64,000 bases of DNA, taken from NCBI GenBank assembly GCA_046761005.1, contig JBHIFI010000002.1, positions 1,914 to 65,913 on the forward strand. Direction: 5' to 3'. The first letter of the stretch is position 1; every line of letters starts with the position of its first letter. This document shows positions 46,801-54,289 of this stretch, piece by piece. Under the pieces are notes generated by a model that searched no databases, was not told where the DNA came from, and saw nothing but the letters and a program-made list of their open reading frames with translations. Origin of the DNA: Thermoplasmata archaeon (lineage in GTDB: Archaea; Thermoplasmatota; Thermoplasmata; RBG-16-68-12; JAGMCJ01). Both the position numbers and the translations under genes were made by a program.

Positions 46801-49061
46801 TGCTCTTCATCGCCATCAAAGTCAGTAAGACGGACTCTGTAGAGAACAATATCAGTGAATCCCGTATGCGTGAGATTGAAACGGTCATCGGTGGCGGGAT
46901 CGACGACCACGAATTGTTTGGTCATGTCGGTTGGGTCTCTTCCAGTCTCATTTAGCACAGCGCCTGTTACAGTGAGCACAATGGTATCTTCAACGACATT
47001 CTTGTTCGCAAGTTGCAGTTCCTTAGTCAGTTCTGTGGCGTCGAGAACCAACTCATCGACGATGGGTATCGTATTCCATGGTATGGAATTCTTACTCACA
47101 TCCACAACGTCGCTTACGGTCACATTTCCGTTGGCTAGTTGACCCCAAGTCTCACCGCCGATTGCAGTGGTGCCTGTAATGTTGGTTTCATTGCCTAGAA
47201 CGAGCTGTTCGCCTGTGATATTTGTGGCATTACTTATGAAGTAGAGAAGACCGCCAGAAACGTCCGCGAGACCATCAAGGTCCAGGTCCTTCCATAAGTT
47301 CGGGCTAGCCTTCGTGGCAGCCATCTCATTTGTGAAATTGAAGTCATTGTCCAGGTCTACATATACTGTGTCGTATACTCCATTCCATGTCGAGTCAACC
47401 ACAAGCACCGCAGGCGCCATGAAGTATGCAGCTTTCAAGCTAGAATCCCAGTGAAGACCTACATGGTACTTTCCACTTACGCTCGCAATTCCTGTCACAT
47501 CGTAGTCGGTATCCTGCATGACAATGCTGACGAAATCGATGTAGATATCGGCAAGTGTTGGGTTGGAGGTCGCGTATCCAAGAATCACCAGTATGTAGTC
47601 GTTCTCTGTTTCTGGATTGTATATCGGTGAGAACACCTCAGGATTGGCTCCAGTGCTTGTTTCTTGGTAAGAAACCAGTTCCGACTGGTCTATGTCATTG
47701 TCTCCGTTTGCATCGTAGTAAAGTGCCAGGTCCAAGTCATCACCGGGCGTGAATGCGACCAAAATATTCATCTGGACTGTTCCGACAGGAACCGCGAATG
47801 GTAGTCTATATCCAGCGGTCAAGAACACATCTGGAAATCCAGCACTCAGATCATCATCATATATCTCCACGCCAAGATAGGAGGTCGGTGTCAGGAGAGG
47901 AGCATCCCTGTAGTAAGTGATTATGTCCCCCACGGCCTGGAGTTCTGTTGAAGTATCGACAAACATACCTGATAGTTTGCCCTCCTCGGAGAGATAGGTA
48001 TCAATCGCCGGCGGTTCGAACGAAATGGGCCATCCGGCGTACGGTGAGCTGTACTTGTAGGTGGCAGTTACAACATCATTGAGTACCAAGGGCGTCACAA
48101 AGGTTATCACGCCAGTCGCTGAATCAAAGGTGTAGTTAGCAGGGGGCATCAGATTGCCGTTCAGATAGAAGGAATAGTCAGTAACATCCATATGCATGAG
48201 GGTGGCATTCGTCTCACCACCAACAGCTTTGATGACAGTTATGTTATCTATCGTGGTATTATCGGGCTGGACGGCCCAAGTCCCCTGGAGGTCAGAATGT
48301 CCGAAATCTATTCCCTGATCGAGGACTACGACGACCTCTCCAGCTCCCGTGTACCCATTGGCCCAGGCTTGATCCGCCATATGAGTTACCACGGAGATCC
48401 AATCATTTGTTGTCGGAGGATCTTCTCCCATTGGCTGAGGTCCCTCCGAACCACGCATCGAACCCATCGGTTGGGATGGAGAGTCAATGACAACAGGATC
48501 CAGTTTTATGCCCTTTTCCCTTGCCTTTCTTTCTATCCATCGATTCTGGTCCAGTGGTTGGCGGTTGAGTGGAACGTCTCCACCAACAACCTCTTCTTGC
48601 ACCTCCAACATGTCAGGGGTGTAGACTTCCTGCCGTCCTATCAACAGAACCTCATCAATCGCGCTCAGTACTGGGAGAACGTAAGCGGGAACCTCAAGAA
48701 TTATCGGTGTTGGTATCGTCTTTATTGTCGCTTTCTCACCAATCAATCCCCGATATTCATACTTCTCGAGAGCCCTAGCTACTGCGGAGACATCCGAGAC
48801 TATGAGGACCACGCCTACCATCTCTTTGCCTCCGCTCTTCGCCAAATCTAGCAGAGCAGGATCGATTTTCCCTAGTGCGAGCTCCTCCGGCTGAGGAAAT
48901 GAAGGTTCCTCCGCTAAGAGAAATTCTTCACCTTGCCCGACGGGCTTCTCGTCGAACGCCTCACCACCTGAAGATGTTGCGAGTGTGGTGCTGACGAAAA
49001 GCGATAGGGCAAGCAGCCCTACAACGATTCCACTAATCCACTTGACACTTTTTTTGGACAT
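40803..49061 (-). CDS. Giant (2752 aa) secreted/membrane-anchored S8 subtilisin-like serine protease with WD40 beta-propeller repeats, multiple Ig-like/beta-sandwich domains, a C-terminal TM helix and an acidic (PEE)n tail
   Basis: Signal peptide MSKKSVKWISGIVVGLLALSLFVSTTLATSS. Catalytic motifs in D-H-S order: VVVLDQGIDFGHSDL, HGTAVATSIVGQG, GTSMAAPHATAVIALM. WD40-like units (FGHSANVTAMDFCSDGTIFATGAEDGIIILWD; CGHLEVVNTIAWSPDGSVIATGS). C-terminus ...LILTALAIVLLVIGFVIGLTLGKK followed by PEEEVPEEEIPP.... Promoter TATA at 49118-49125 and a GGAGG Shine-Dalgarno. Confidence 0.85.
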   Translation of the reverse strand: MSKKSVKWISGIVVGLLALSLFVSTTLATSSGGEAFDEKPVGQGEEFLLAEEPSFPQPEELALGKIDPALLDLAKSGGKEMVGVVLIVSDVSAVARALEKYEYRGLIGEKATIKTIPTPIILEVPAYVLPVLSAIDEVLLIGRQEVYTPDMLEVQEEVVGGDVPLNRQPLDQNRWIERKAREKGIKLDPVVIDSPSQPMGSMRGSEGPQPMGEDPPTTNDWISVVTHMADQAWANGYTGAGEVVVVLDQGIDFGHSDLQGTWAVQPDNTTIDNITVIKAVGGETNATLMHMDVTDYSFYLNGNLMPPANYTFDSATGVITFVTPLVLNDVVTATYKYSSPYAGWPISFEPPAIDTYLSEEGKLSGMFVDTSTELQAVGDIITYYRDAPLLTPTSYLGVEIYDDDLSAGFPDVFLTAGYRLPFAVPVGTVQMNILVAFTPGDDLDLALYYDANGDNDIDQSELVSYQETSTGANPEVFSPIYNPETENDYILVILGYATSNPTLADIYIDFVSIVMQDTDYDVTGIASVSGKYHVGLHWDSSLKAAYFMAPAVLVVDSTWNGVYDTVYVDLDNDFNFTNEMAATKASPNLWKDLDLDGLADVSGGLLYFISNATNITGEQLVLGNETNITGTTAIGGETWGQLANGNVTVSDVVDVSKNSIPWNTIPIVDELVLDATELTKELQLANKNVVEDTIVLTVTGAVLNETGRDPTDMTKQFVVVDPATDDRFNLTHTGFTDIVLYRVRLTDFDGDEEQDWFGPVITEIDPGNYAADAGTGEVVLGAELLSSPDPLIVNMPGDTFWANYSYDGVLIEGNDWNDAEGKLVTGDDYTVDYTEGLITLSNGLPPGGIARATYEYHPWILNRVTGNFTFTYPLESFDVITVNYSYGVVPIPYSDIVAGRLGVDNYYWGAGDMVAFSGAIYGSHGTAVATSIVGQGVTPIGGIPKLMGLAPDAKVISIPGGTSHGAFTQYHGFLFGVEGYDGVPGTGDEGLVLSWSFGSNPIETGWTLGERYGDWVTTQYAEGKTIHVKAAGNEGTGYGTSGNSVTPGTISACAAWDLFYRVQPEFEYDGGPNPHYGGIAYLSSWGPSATGQLGPDICFAGGWVYDAYPLNPFRDGTAAWDIDAGTSMAAPHATAVIALMQDAYEQEHGYYMDAFEAQKILLSSADDMNYDVFTQGHGYGNALRATDLAGNRGGILADPEVWYPGDYRGEDYVAFVHFLTVGESDSEMITVENRGPADLTNVGVSADYLKRMGTIEYAFEPSIQAPPEPVGNNWTIINETGFYDFLGRKFGPNMDATRWNNADLLRITAHFDIDLLTNQMIYVEPHDWTDVNMNERFFGHSANVTAMDFCSDGTIFATGAEDGIIILWDNATGYPIDRLRGLEGTMINDIDFSSNCSMLAASSGGWPIDSGAVAVWDVPTRSRIVVSDDLLFGYSINGVEFNPANESQIAYVSSLNSAIRWLNGLPRDFCLPGFLGDVFVMDLAGNVLSTMCGHLEVVNTIAWSPDGSVIATGSGGAFGIWDNYIMLWDPTTSAYIGGFSGHEDGDWSADADGVMDLRFSSDSMWLASVGLGSDWSMAGTGTVNVWDMTLAPSTGNDTFNYTGFPVFFLGNTSVVPFSYQVWVDGSPVYELDIASGMGDYIMYTANGILLYIGTLALGANVTVEYDYLPPTYTMLQEYPMCVDFDVANMYLAVANATDVAIWDILADSVITSVTPTYDYGITDVGFAPGYDWFWAVSYGGEIDLWWTSTGAMLVDPDLPFGVTGAWFERNRMGVYLGENSFEVRVYDPAARTHDGLIIWWRHLAGAPVPGPVTVTIEFFEHQNWPMVTLYEDDGVTPLGPTIDITAGGSFDFVATATVLPGTDIGLYEGAIRLTNENNVTTIPVVINVAHEGSTNFQFGGTAISDTLYDNNALRGYGGAYDLRYYFFDVPDTFVFREGMKFTIDIGMDGNNTYGDMRHLAQATEEGSSAFGDLVFSKLNESRYGPFVAVETDVGAPGYFKKTPDWAGVGNGLFKGLSVSAGLNVLIVQTVTVEGEEAADVISGETGLLSMTPYPIDVATSQLQGSTEMIFSTTLPWLPNPDPFHEFFGKPIGVTVAGSETHEFLDIPVEFDDPEPYTSGEITFQEYLASSKNTMLWDVDASVITIEFHLMGHVDCCPDMDLGIFLDENGDDEAQADEFVKYDADADADETVVLVLPTPGRYIIKMAGFDIWRVGSLADMIITELKVGPSPFQVTYTADIIQRYSSEILNLEWDLPVDTPEGVIKAAFFASPGNTPFSLTLLVPVELNYDTTPPEVIQMTPPDGSVTSDNMPPILAGFSDSQGEMDSTTIGLWLDGVDITAMSLVTVTFDSDLGGYAIGTVSYAPNAPLADGMHTVKTQVGDYAGNIEEMTWHFYVDTTAPLLEIDYPSTDITVPTNYTMITGTTEPEATVLIRTEEVPVSPDGSFSYLFDQLTEGLNPLIVEAQDQAGNTAVVTRLITVDTNPPVLEYLITSESQARPTNAESIIISGKFNETVELTIAGRIVPVNEDGSFETTVALEEGTNTIEIEAVDAAGHTFYSNDTVMIRDTVIPTLTVSIPEDNVDPITGEALVSRINITGTVSGDVEIVTVNGLPVVPSNGAFSKEVTLSYGANEITVIAKDEAGNVASEAISITWSPEMKVTKQTWTTLILTALAIVLLVIGFVIGLTLGKKPAVPEEEVPEEEIPPVEEEVVEEVPEEEEALEEIEIPEEPPAEEVPPEEPTEEIPPPEEGEP

Positions 49062-49117
49062 TCCCGTTCCTCCTATCCAAATAGAAATTCAAAGCTGTCG
49101 CAGGCATAGGATTGCCA

Positions 49118-49125
49118 TTATAAAT
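49118..49125 (-). promoter_or_regulatory. TATA box (reads ATTTATAA on the minus strand) for the giant subtilase operon
   Basis: Lies 57 nt upstream of ATG 49061. GGAGG (forward CCTCC, about 49069-49073) is 8 nt before the ATG. Confidence 0.5.
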
Positions 49126-49179
49126 GATTTTCGACATTGCAAATTTAGTCAGCATAGGGTCTTTTGGGGTGTGATAATC

Positions 49180-49992
49180 TCACCCGATACTTCGAATCCG
49201 ATTCTGCAGACTTCGGCTGAGAATAACCGATAGAATCTCTTGAGAGAGCCTGCGTTCCCATATTCTTTTCTCGAGTTGAAGGGCAAGCGTCTCCTTTATC
49301 TTGGGAGGAACTATGAAGTCGAAACCATACCTCACATCCATTAGGACGGTGGGTTCTGAAGGAGCGGTGCCGAAGCCTCCTCCTTTGCCCCTGAGCGCCC
49401 TCTCAACCTCCCTCATTGTCAACAGCCCAGAGGCAAGGTGCTCCATAGCCCATGCAATCTTGCGAATCATTCCCCTCAGAAAGCTCTCGCCTACGATATC
49501 CAAAATGGTGAAGTTTCCATTCTTTGTCACTTCAATCGTATCTATTCTTCGGATCGTTGACCTTTCATCCCGCTGTGCAAAGAGAGCGAAATTGTGCTCA
49601 CCAATGAATTGACGGGATGCACCCCTCAAAGCCTCCGAGTCAACCTCTGAAGAAAAGTAATACCTGTACCACCTCTGAGTCGCATGTCTCGGATTGAAAT
49701 CCTCTGACACAGGGGCGTAACCCCAGACCCAGATATCTTGAACTTTAGAGTTCAAAGCTTGAGGAAGAACTTCTGGCCTGAACTCCGTGTTAAGGGCGAA
49801 CACATTTCCAATCGCACTGACTCCCGAATCTGTTCTGCTGCTACTTCTGAATATGGAATTCTGGGTGGAGTCAATCGCACCGAGAGAGATGAGAGCCTTT
49901 ACCAGCTCTCCCTCCACGGTTCTCACGTCTGGCTGCCTCTGATATCCATGAAAAGACGTTCCATCGTATGCGAACTTGACGGCTACGCGCAT
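49180..49992 (-). CDS. truA: tRNA pseudouridine synthase A (TruA/Pus1-like; positions 38-40)
   Basis: From ATG 49992 the protein reads MRVAVKFAYDGTSFHGYQRQP... (the TruA motif with the catalytic Asp region RTDSGVSAIGNVFAL). The first 112 codons of the ORF-track entry are antisense to the neighbouring gene and are rejected. Confidence 0.75.
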   Translation of the reverse strand: MRVAVKFAYDGTSFHGYQRQPDVRTVEGELVKALISLGAIDSTQNSIFRSSSRTDSGVSAIGNVFALNTEFRPEVLPQALNSKVQDIWVWGYAPVSEDFNPRHATQRWYRYYFSSEVDSEALRGASRQFIGEHNFALFAQRDERSTIRRIDTIEVTKNGNFTILDIVGESFLRGMIRKIAWAMEHLASGLLTMREVERALRGKGGGFGTAPSEPTVLMDVRYGFDFIVPPKIKETLALQLEKRIWERRLSQEILSVILSRSLQNRIRSIG

Positions 49993-50029
49993 CGCAACAA
50001 TATTAGTCAGCCGATATATACCTATAATC

Positions 50030-50725
50030 ATGCCCAATTTTGAGGTAATTCTCGTTGAGCCAAAAATCGAGGGTAACATCGGAGCGGTAGCTCGTGCGAT
50101 GAAGAATTTTGGAATGGAGAAGCTTGTTCTCGTCAATCCCTGCCGCATCGGGGAGGAGGCGGTCAAACGCGCCAAGTGGGGGAAAGAAGTATTGGACTCT
50201 GCCACAATAGTTGACTCCCTCGACGAGGCACTTTCCTCAGTGGATTTTGTTATTGGGTCCTCCTCTGTCGACACGGAAAGCGAGAAGAAGTTCGCTAGAA
50301 TTTCTGTGAGCCCAGGAGAATCGATCAAGAAAATCGAAGACCTCGATGGTCTTGTTGCCCTCCTCTTTGGAAGAGAGGACTACGGGCTTCTGAAAGAGGA
50401 GATAGCCAAATGCGATCTTCTTGTCAAGATTCCCGCCAATGAGGAATACCCAGTTCTGAACATCTCACATGCTGTAGCCATAATTCTCTATGAGATATAC
50501 CGACTGAAAGCAATAAGAAAAGGAACAAGGAAAGCTTCCGGAAGGGAGAAGGAATTGCTATACAGCCATTTCAGGCAACTTCTGGATGAGATCGACTATC
50601 CAGAGCATAAGAAAGAAAGGACTTCAATAATGTTCAGAAGAATAATGGGGAGGGCGGTCCCCTCGAAATGGGAATACCACGCCCTCATGGGTGTTTTCTC
50701 GAGAACTCTGAACAACCTGAAGTGA
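50030..50725 (+). CDS. SpoU/TrmH-family (SPOUT) RNA 2'-O-methyltransferase, TrmJ-like
   Basis: MPNFEVILVEPKIEGNIGAVARAMKNFGMEKLVLVNP is the typical SPOUT N-terminal motif; the C-terminal region supplies the knot motifs. Start is either ATG 50030 or the ORF-track 49976. ATATATACCTATAAT lies just upstream. Confidence 0.65.
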   Translation: MPNFEVILVEPKIEGNIGAVARAMKNFGMEKLVLVNPCRIGEEAVKRAKWGKEVLDSATIVDSLDEALSSVDFVIGSSSVDTESEKKFARISVSPGESIKKIEDLDGLVALLFGREDYGLLKEEIAKCDLLVKIPANEEYPVLNISHAVAIILYEIYRLKAIRKGTRKASGREKELLYSHFRQLLDEIDYPEHKKERTSIMFRRIMGRAVPSKWEYHALMGVFSRTLNNLK

Positions 50726-51736
50726 TTAGCACTTTATGCCTAACGCGAGATCCGTTTTCTTGATACTTTCTATCTTGTCGCTTTCGATTCCAGTCATGGC
50801 TCTGATCGCATCAATATTTTCTGGGACGACATCGGATTCCTGATGAATCGCTTGGTAGTAGTACAGGGTATCGCCCACAACATGAGTTCCGTCTCTCCAC
50901 ACCGCTATCTCGTAAAGGTCCGTCCTGTTTCTGCACATGTCCTTTGCCATCTCCATTATCTGAGCCGTGGATTTGATTCCTTCCTCGCCATCGACGATAA
51001 GAATTCTGGGCGACTCCTCCCACAGAGTGAGGATATCTTCCCTCCTAACCTCCCGCTTGAGCTTGACCATGAGGGAATGAAGGTGCATTATCGTCGTAGG
51101 AACCTTCACAGCGGTAGTCTGAATGTTCAGGTAGGGCATGACAGTTTGAACGTCAGGACCATGATGGGAGGGCACCTTAAGAACAGGCTCTATGGCATTG
51201 ATCGGACCCCTCTTTGTGTCCCAGGGATCCGCTCCCCGCCTAACCATCACAGCCATGACATACTCGATTCCGTACTCTCGATGAAGAGGGAAAAGCGTTC
51301 TTATCAGCCCAGTTGTGTTGCACGATACCACCCTGAGGAAGTCAGCGCCGATTGCATCTTCATAGTTCGCAAGCGCGTTGAATGAGAGATTCGTCAGCTC
51401 GTGCTTCTCGCCACCTTGCCAGATGGCCTTGACGCCAGCTTTCTCATAGAGCTCCTTGTAGCCGCTTTTCTTGGGAGTTCCGTCCACGATTAAGTCGGCT
51501 TCTTGGAGAAGGTCTTGGAGAGTTCCATGAACATCGATACCCTTATCCTTGAATCTTCCAACGAATTCCTGGGATGCCGCATAGAACGGAAAACCTCTCA
51601 AGATTGCCATCTTGGCCTCATAAGTCGGCCTCGTTTTTGTCACTCCGACTATTTCCATATCATCTTGTGAGGCAACGGCATCCGCAATCCTCTTGCCTAT
51701 CGTCCCATAACCATTGATTGCAACCTTGATGGCCAT
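50726..51736 (-). CDS. gap: Glyceraldehyde-3-phosphate dehydrogenase, archaeal type (phosphorylating, type II)
   Basis: MAIKVAINGYGTIGKRIADAV, catalytic VSCNTT, PSHHGPD. 336 aa. Confidence 0.9.
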   Translation of the reverse strand: MAIKVAINGYGTIGKRIADAVASQDDMEIVGVTKTRPTYEAKMAILRGFPFYAASQEFVGRFKDKGIDVHGTLQDLLQEADLIVDGTPKKSGYKELYEKAGVKAIWQGGEKHELTNLSFNALANYEDAIGADFLRVVSCNTTGLIRTLFPLHREYGIEYVMAVMVRRGADPWDTKRGPINAIEPVLKVPSHHGPDVQTVMPYLNIQTTAVKVPTTIMHLHSLMVKLKREVRREDILTLWEESPRILIVDGEEGIKSTAQIMEMAKDMCRNRTDLYEIAVWRDGTHVVGDTLYYYQAIHQESDVVPENIDAIRAMTGIESDKIESIKKTDLALGIKC

Positions 51737-51781
51737 TCAAACTCCCGGTCATTTAAGGGCAAAAATCATATAAAGGTTTGT

Positions 51782-52762
51782 TCAGAGCGGAAAATAGAGC
51801 TCCTTGCGAATCCGCGGAATCATCGCCATCAGGACTGCGGACTCACAGAGATTTGAGCGGGTTACAATTTCATCGGAGAGATAGCCAATAGCTCCCTTGT
51901 TCTCTTTGATTCGGGCGGTCTCGAGGTCCGCCAAAGCGCCTGCGAGATCGCTCCCCATCTCTAGCTTTTCTATAATCTTGGCGGGAAGCATAAATCCCGC
52001 GCTATGTCCTACCGTAACTTTCTCAAGCTTGTCAACGACCGCACAGAATTGAATGCAGAAATGGGATTTCGACTCCTCATCCCAAACGACTCCCGACTCA
52101 ATCCCGACTCCGAAATCCGCCTCCTCCAGACTTTCGCGGGCACGGTTTGCAGCACCTTGAAGAGCCTCTTTGTTCATGGGTTGCCTGGGAACATCGGAGG
52201 GCACGGAAACTCCGTGAACCTCTACTTTACCAAAGAGCTTGAGGAATACGTCCCTGACCGCCCATATCTTGGTCTTGTTTCTTGAACCAACATTAACAAT
52301 CAGCTGACGGATCATCTTTCCATTCTCGTCTATCTCCTCGAGCCTTATTCTTCTGCAAGATATAGGGACGCAGTCCTCAGCAAGAACCATATCCACCTTA
52401 ACGATCTTCAAGGGCCTCAGACCTGCCGCCATCCTTTCTTCATTTATCTCCTCCGCAGTTCTCCTTGTTTCATGGGAAACCACGATCGCGTCAAGTGGCT
52501 CAGTCTTCGCCGGTCCAAATCTGTCCTCTATCTTGACAATTTCGAAGTTCGAATGTCCACTAGCCGTGAGGTAGTTGCTCAGAGCCGCTTTTCTCGCCTC
52601 GTAGGGGGAAACAGGATAGCTCTTCTCTGACTGGGCCATTTCATTCGAGGTGAGACCGATAAGCACCCCCTCTCCGACCTCAAATGCATTTGCCAGAAGA
52701 GCCTTGTGACCCTTGTGAATTCTATCGAACGTCCCGCCCAAACATACCTTCAGACCTGCCAC
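51782..52762 (-). CDS. Fusion protein: archaeal phosphopantetheine adenylyltransferase (PPAT, COG1019) + DUF84/YjjX/MJ0226-type non-canonical NTP pyrophosphatase
   Basis: N-terminal half: GGTFDRIHKGHKALL (HxGH nucleotidyltransferase) ... VLAEDCVPISCRRIR, typical of archaeal PPAT. C-terminal half: VNVGSRNKTKIWAVRDVF...QPMNKEALQGAANRA...GVGIESG...GYLSDEIVTRSNL matches DUF84 ITPase/XTPase. The reading frame is uninterrupted. Likely start is GTG 52762 or TTG 52768 (ORF-track 52924). Confidence 0.7.
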   Translation of the reverse strand: MAGLKVCLGGTFDRIHKGHKALLANAFEVGEGVLIGLTSNEMAQSEKSYPVSPYEARKAALSNYLTASGHSNFEIVKIEDRFGPAKTEPLDAIVVSHETRRTAEEINEERMAAGLRPLKIVKVDMVLAEDCVPISCRRIRLEEIDENGKMIRQLIVNVGSRNKTKIWAVRDVFLKLFGKVEVHGVSVPSDVPRQPMNKEALQGAANRARESLEEADFGVGIESGVVWDEESKSHFCIQFCAVVDKLEKVTVGHSAGFMLPAKIIEKLEMGSDLAGALADLETARIKENKGAIGYLSDEIVTRSNLCESAVLMAMIPRIRKELYFPL

Positions 52763-52971
52763 CCCCAACTGAGGAGGAGAATAAGGATAAGAATGATGAT
52801 GCTGCCAACATACAAGAAAAGAAGCTGGTTCTTCTTCCTCTTCAATCTTCTCTTGTGATCGTTCTCGCACTCTTTTGAACAGAAAATATCCTTTGTGGGT
52901 ATTGCCCGTCCACATCCTAGACAATGCTTGTGCTGGATTAATCTTTCGACCATTGCCTGTTCAATCATCAC
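52750..52971 (-). CDS. Small zinc-ribbon protein with C-terminal TM helix (DUF2116-like)
   Basis: 73 aa. CLGCGRAIP...FCSKEC zinc ribbon, then a KRRLKRKK basic stretch and a hydrophobic tail. Overlaps the downstream fusion-gene start. Confidence 0.5.
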   Translation of the reverse strand: MMIEQAMVERLIQHKHCLGCGRAIPTKDIFCSKECENDHKRRLKRKKNQLLFLYVGSIIILILILLLSWGWQV

Positions 52972-53109
52972 TCCGTATTAAATAATTGTCTTTGCACTCT
53001 GAGCTCAGGGTGGCGAGTTCAGCTTCTAACAGTAAAGATTTGCGAAAATATTAAATAGGGCGAGGGGTATCTAAACGTAACCAGTCAGGTTTCTCATGTC
53101 GGAGAGCAG

Positions 53110-53373
53110 ATGAAACGTTTGGGAATTGTGGCAGACGTCTCTTATCGAGGAACGCTGGTCATACGTGCTGAAACCGCTCCCAGAACGGGAGAGGAGGTCT
53201 TCACCAGTGAAGGAATGCATATCGGCAGGGTCGAAAAGGTGTTTGGCCCGGTTTCCCGCCCCTACGTTTCTGTGAGACCGACATCGAGAAAGCAGAAGCT
53301 GATCGGGATAATAGGTAAGGAACTCTACCTAGAGGAATGGGGGCGAGATATTGCCGAAGAAGAAGAAGGTTGA
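53110..53373 (+). CDS. gar1: H/ACA ribonucleoprotein complex subunit Gar1
   Basis: 87 aa. Gar1 barrel ([18 protein letters not shown]...[20 protein letters not shown]) and acidic tail. Confidence 0.8.
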   Translation: MKRLGIVADVSYRGTLVIRAETAPRTGEEVFTSEGMHIGRVEKVFGPVSRPYVSVRPTSRKQKLIGIIGKELYLEEWGRDIAEEEEG

Positions 53374-54289
53374 GACGACAGCCGAGGTTACGAGGTGTCC
53401 TGAGTGTGGGAGTTCTCACCTCACAAGGGATTACGAAAGGGGAGAACTCGTTTGTGAGGAATGTGGTCTTGTTCTCGACGATCAGATGATTGATCAGGGG
53501 CCCGAGTGGCGGGCATTTGATGTTGAACAAGGTGAGAAGCGGGCGAGGACAGGGGCTCCCATGACTTATACGATGCATGACAAGGGCCTGTCAACCACGA
53601 TTGGATGGAAGAACAAGGATTCCTATGGCAAGAGCATCCCCACAAGGAACAGAGCCCAGCTGTACCGACTCAGAAAGTGGCAGAGGAGGATTCGCGTTTC
53701 CAATGCCACAGAGAGAAATCTTGCCTTCGCTTTGAGTGAGTTGGACCGTATGGCAAGCGGTATGGGTCTTCCCAGGAATGTCAGGGAGACCGCCGCGATG
53801 ATATATAGGAAAGCGGTGTCAAAGAACCTCATCCGTGGGAGGAGTATAGAGGGAGTTGTAGCCGCCTCCCTATATGCAGCATGCAGACAGTGCAATGTTC
53901 CCAGAACGCTGGACGAGATCGCTGGGTCTTCGAGAGTGGGAAGGAAAGAGATTGGAAGGACATACCGCTTTATGACGCGAGAGCTCAAACTCAAACTCAT
54001 GCCCACAAGACCTCAGGATTATGTCTCAAGATTCTGCAGTAAGCTCAGGCTGAGCGGTGAGGTCCAATCAAAGGCTGTCGAAATCTTGAAGGACGCGGCC
54101 GATAGAGAACTCACCTCGGGCCGAGGGCCGACTGGAGTTGCAGCTGCTGCTATCTACGTAGCATCCATACTTGCCAACGAAAGAAGAACGCAGAGAGAAG
54201 TTGCGGATGTAGCCGGAGTCACAGAAGTAACCATAAGAAACAGATACAAAGAGCTGACCGACAAGCTGGGAATAGAGGTAGAACTCTAG
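53351..54289 (+). CDS. tfb: Transcription initiation factor IIB (TFB)
   Basis: N-terminal zinc ribbon CPECGSS...CEECGLV, B-reader/linker, and two cyclin-fold repeats. Overlaps the gar1 3' end by 23 nt. Confidence 0.9.
   Translation: MPKKKKVETTAEVTRCPECGSSHLTRDYERGELVCEECGLVLDDQMIDQGPEWRAFDVEQGEKRARTGAPMTYTMHDKGLSTTIGWKNKDSYGKSIPTRNRAQLYRLRKWQRRIRVSNATERNLAFALSELDRMASGMGLPRNVRETAAMIYRKAVSKNLIRGRSIEGVVAASLYAACRQCNVPRTLDEIAGSSRVGRKEIGRTYRFMTRELKLKLMPTRPQDYVSRFCSKLRLSGEVQSKAVEILKDAADRELTSGRGPTGVAAAAIYVASILANERRTQREVADVAGVTEVTIRNRYKELTDKLGIEVEL

Noticed and set aside
45786-46955. 389-aa plus-strand ORF, and others (48192-48851 with 219 aa; 40650-41264; 40583-41008), inside the giant minus-strand subtilase gene
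   Set aside because: They are antisense shadow ORFs of a long, clearly coding gene. Their compositions are Arg/Ser/Cys-rich and not protein-like, and they have no motifs or independent promoters.
49993-50328. N-terminal 112 codons of ORF 49180-50328 (MIDSPGLTEILANFF...)
   Set aside because: They are antisense to the SpoU-family methyltransferase gene and are not TruA-like. TruA homology begins exactly at the internal ATG 49992.
52763-52924. N-terminal extension of the PPAT-NTPase ORF (MSRMWTGNTHKGYFLFKRVRERSQEKIEEEEEP...)
   Set aside because: It overlaps the convergently read small zinc-ribbon gene in another frame. PPAT homology starts at ...GLKVCLGGTFD, with GTG/TTG candidates at 52762/52768.
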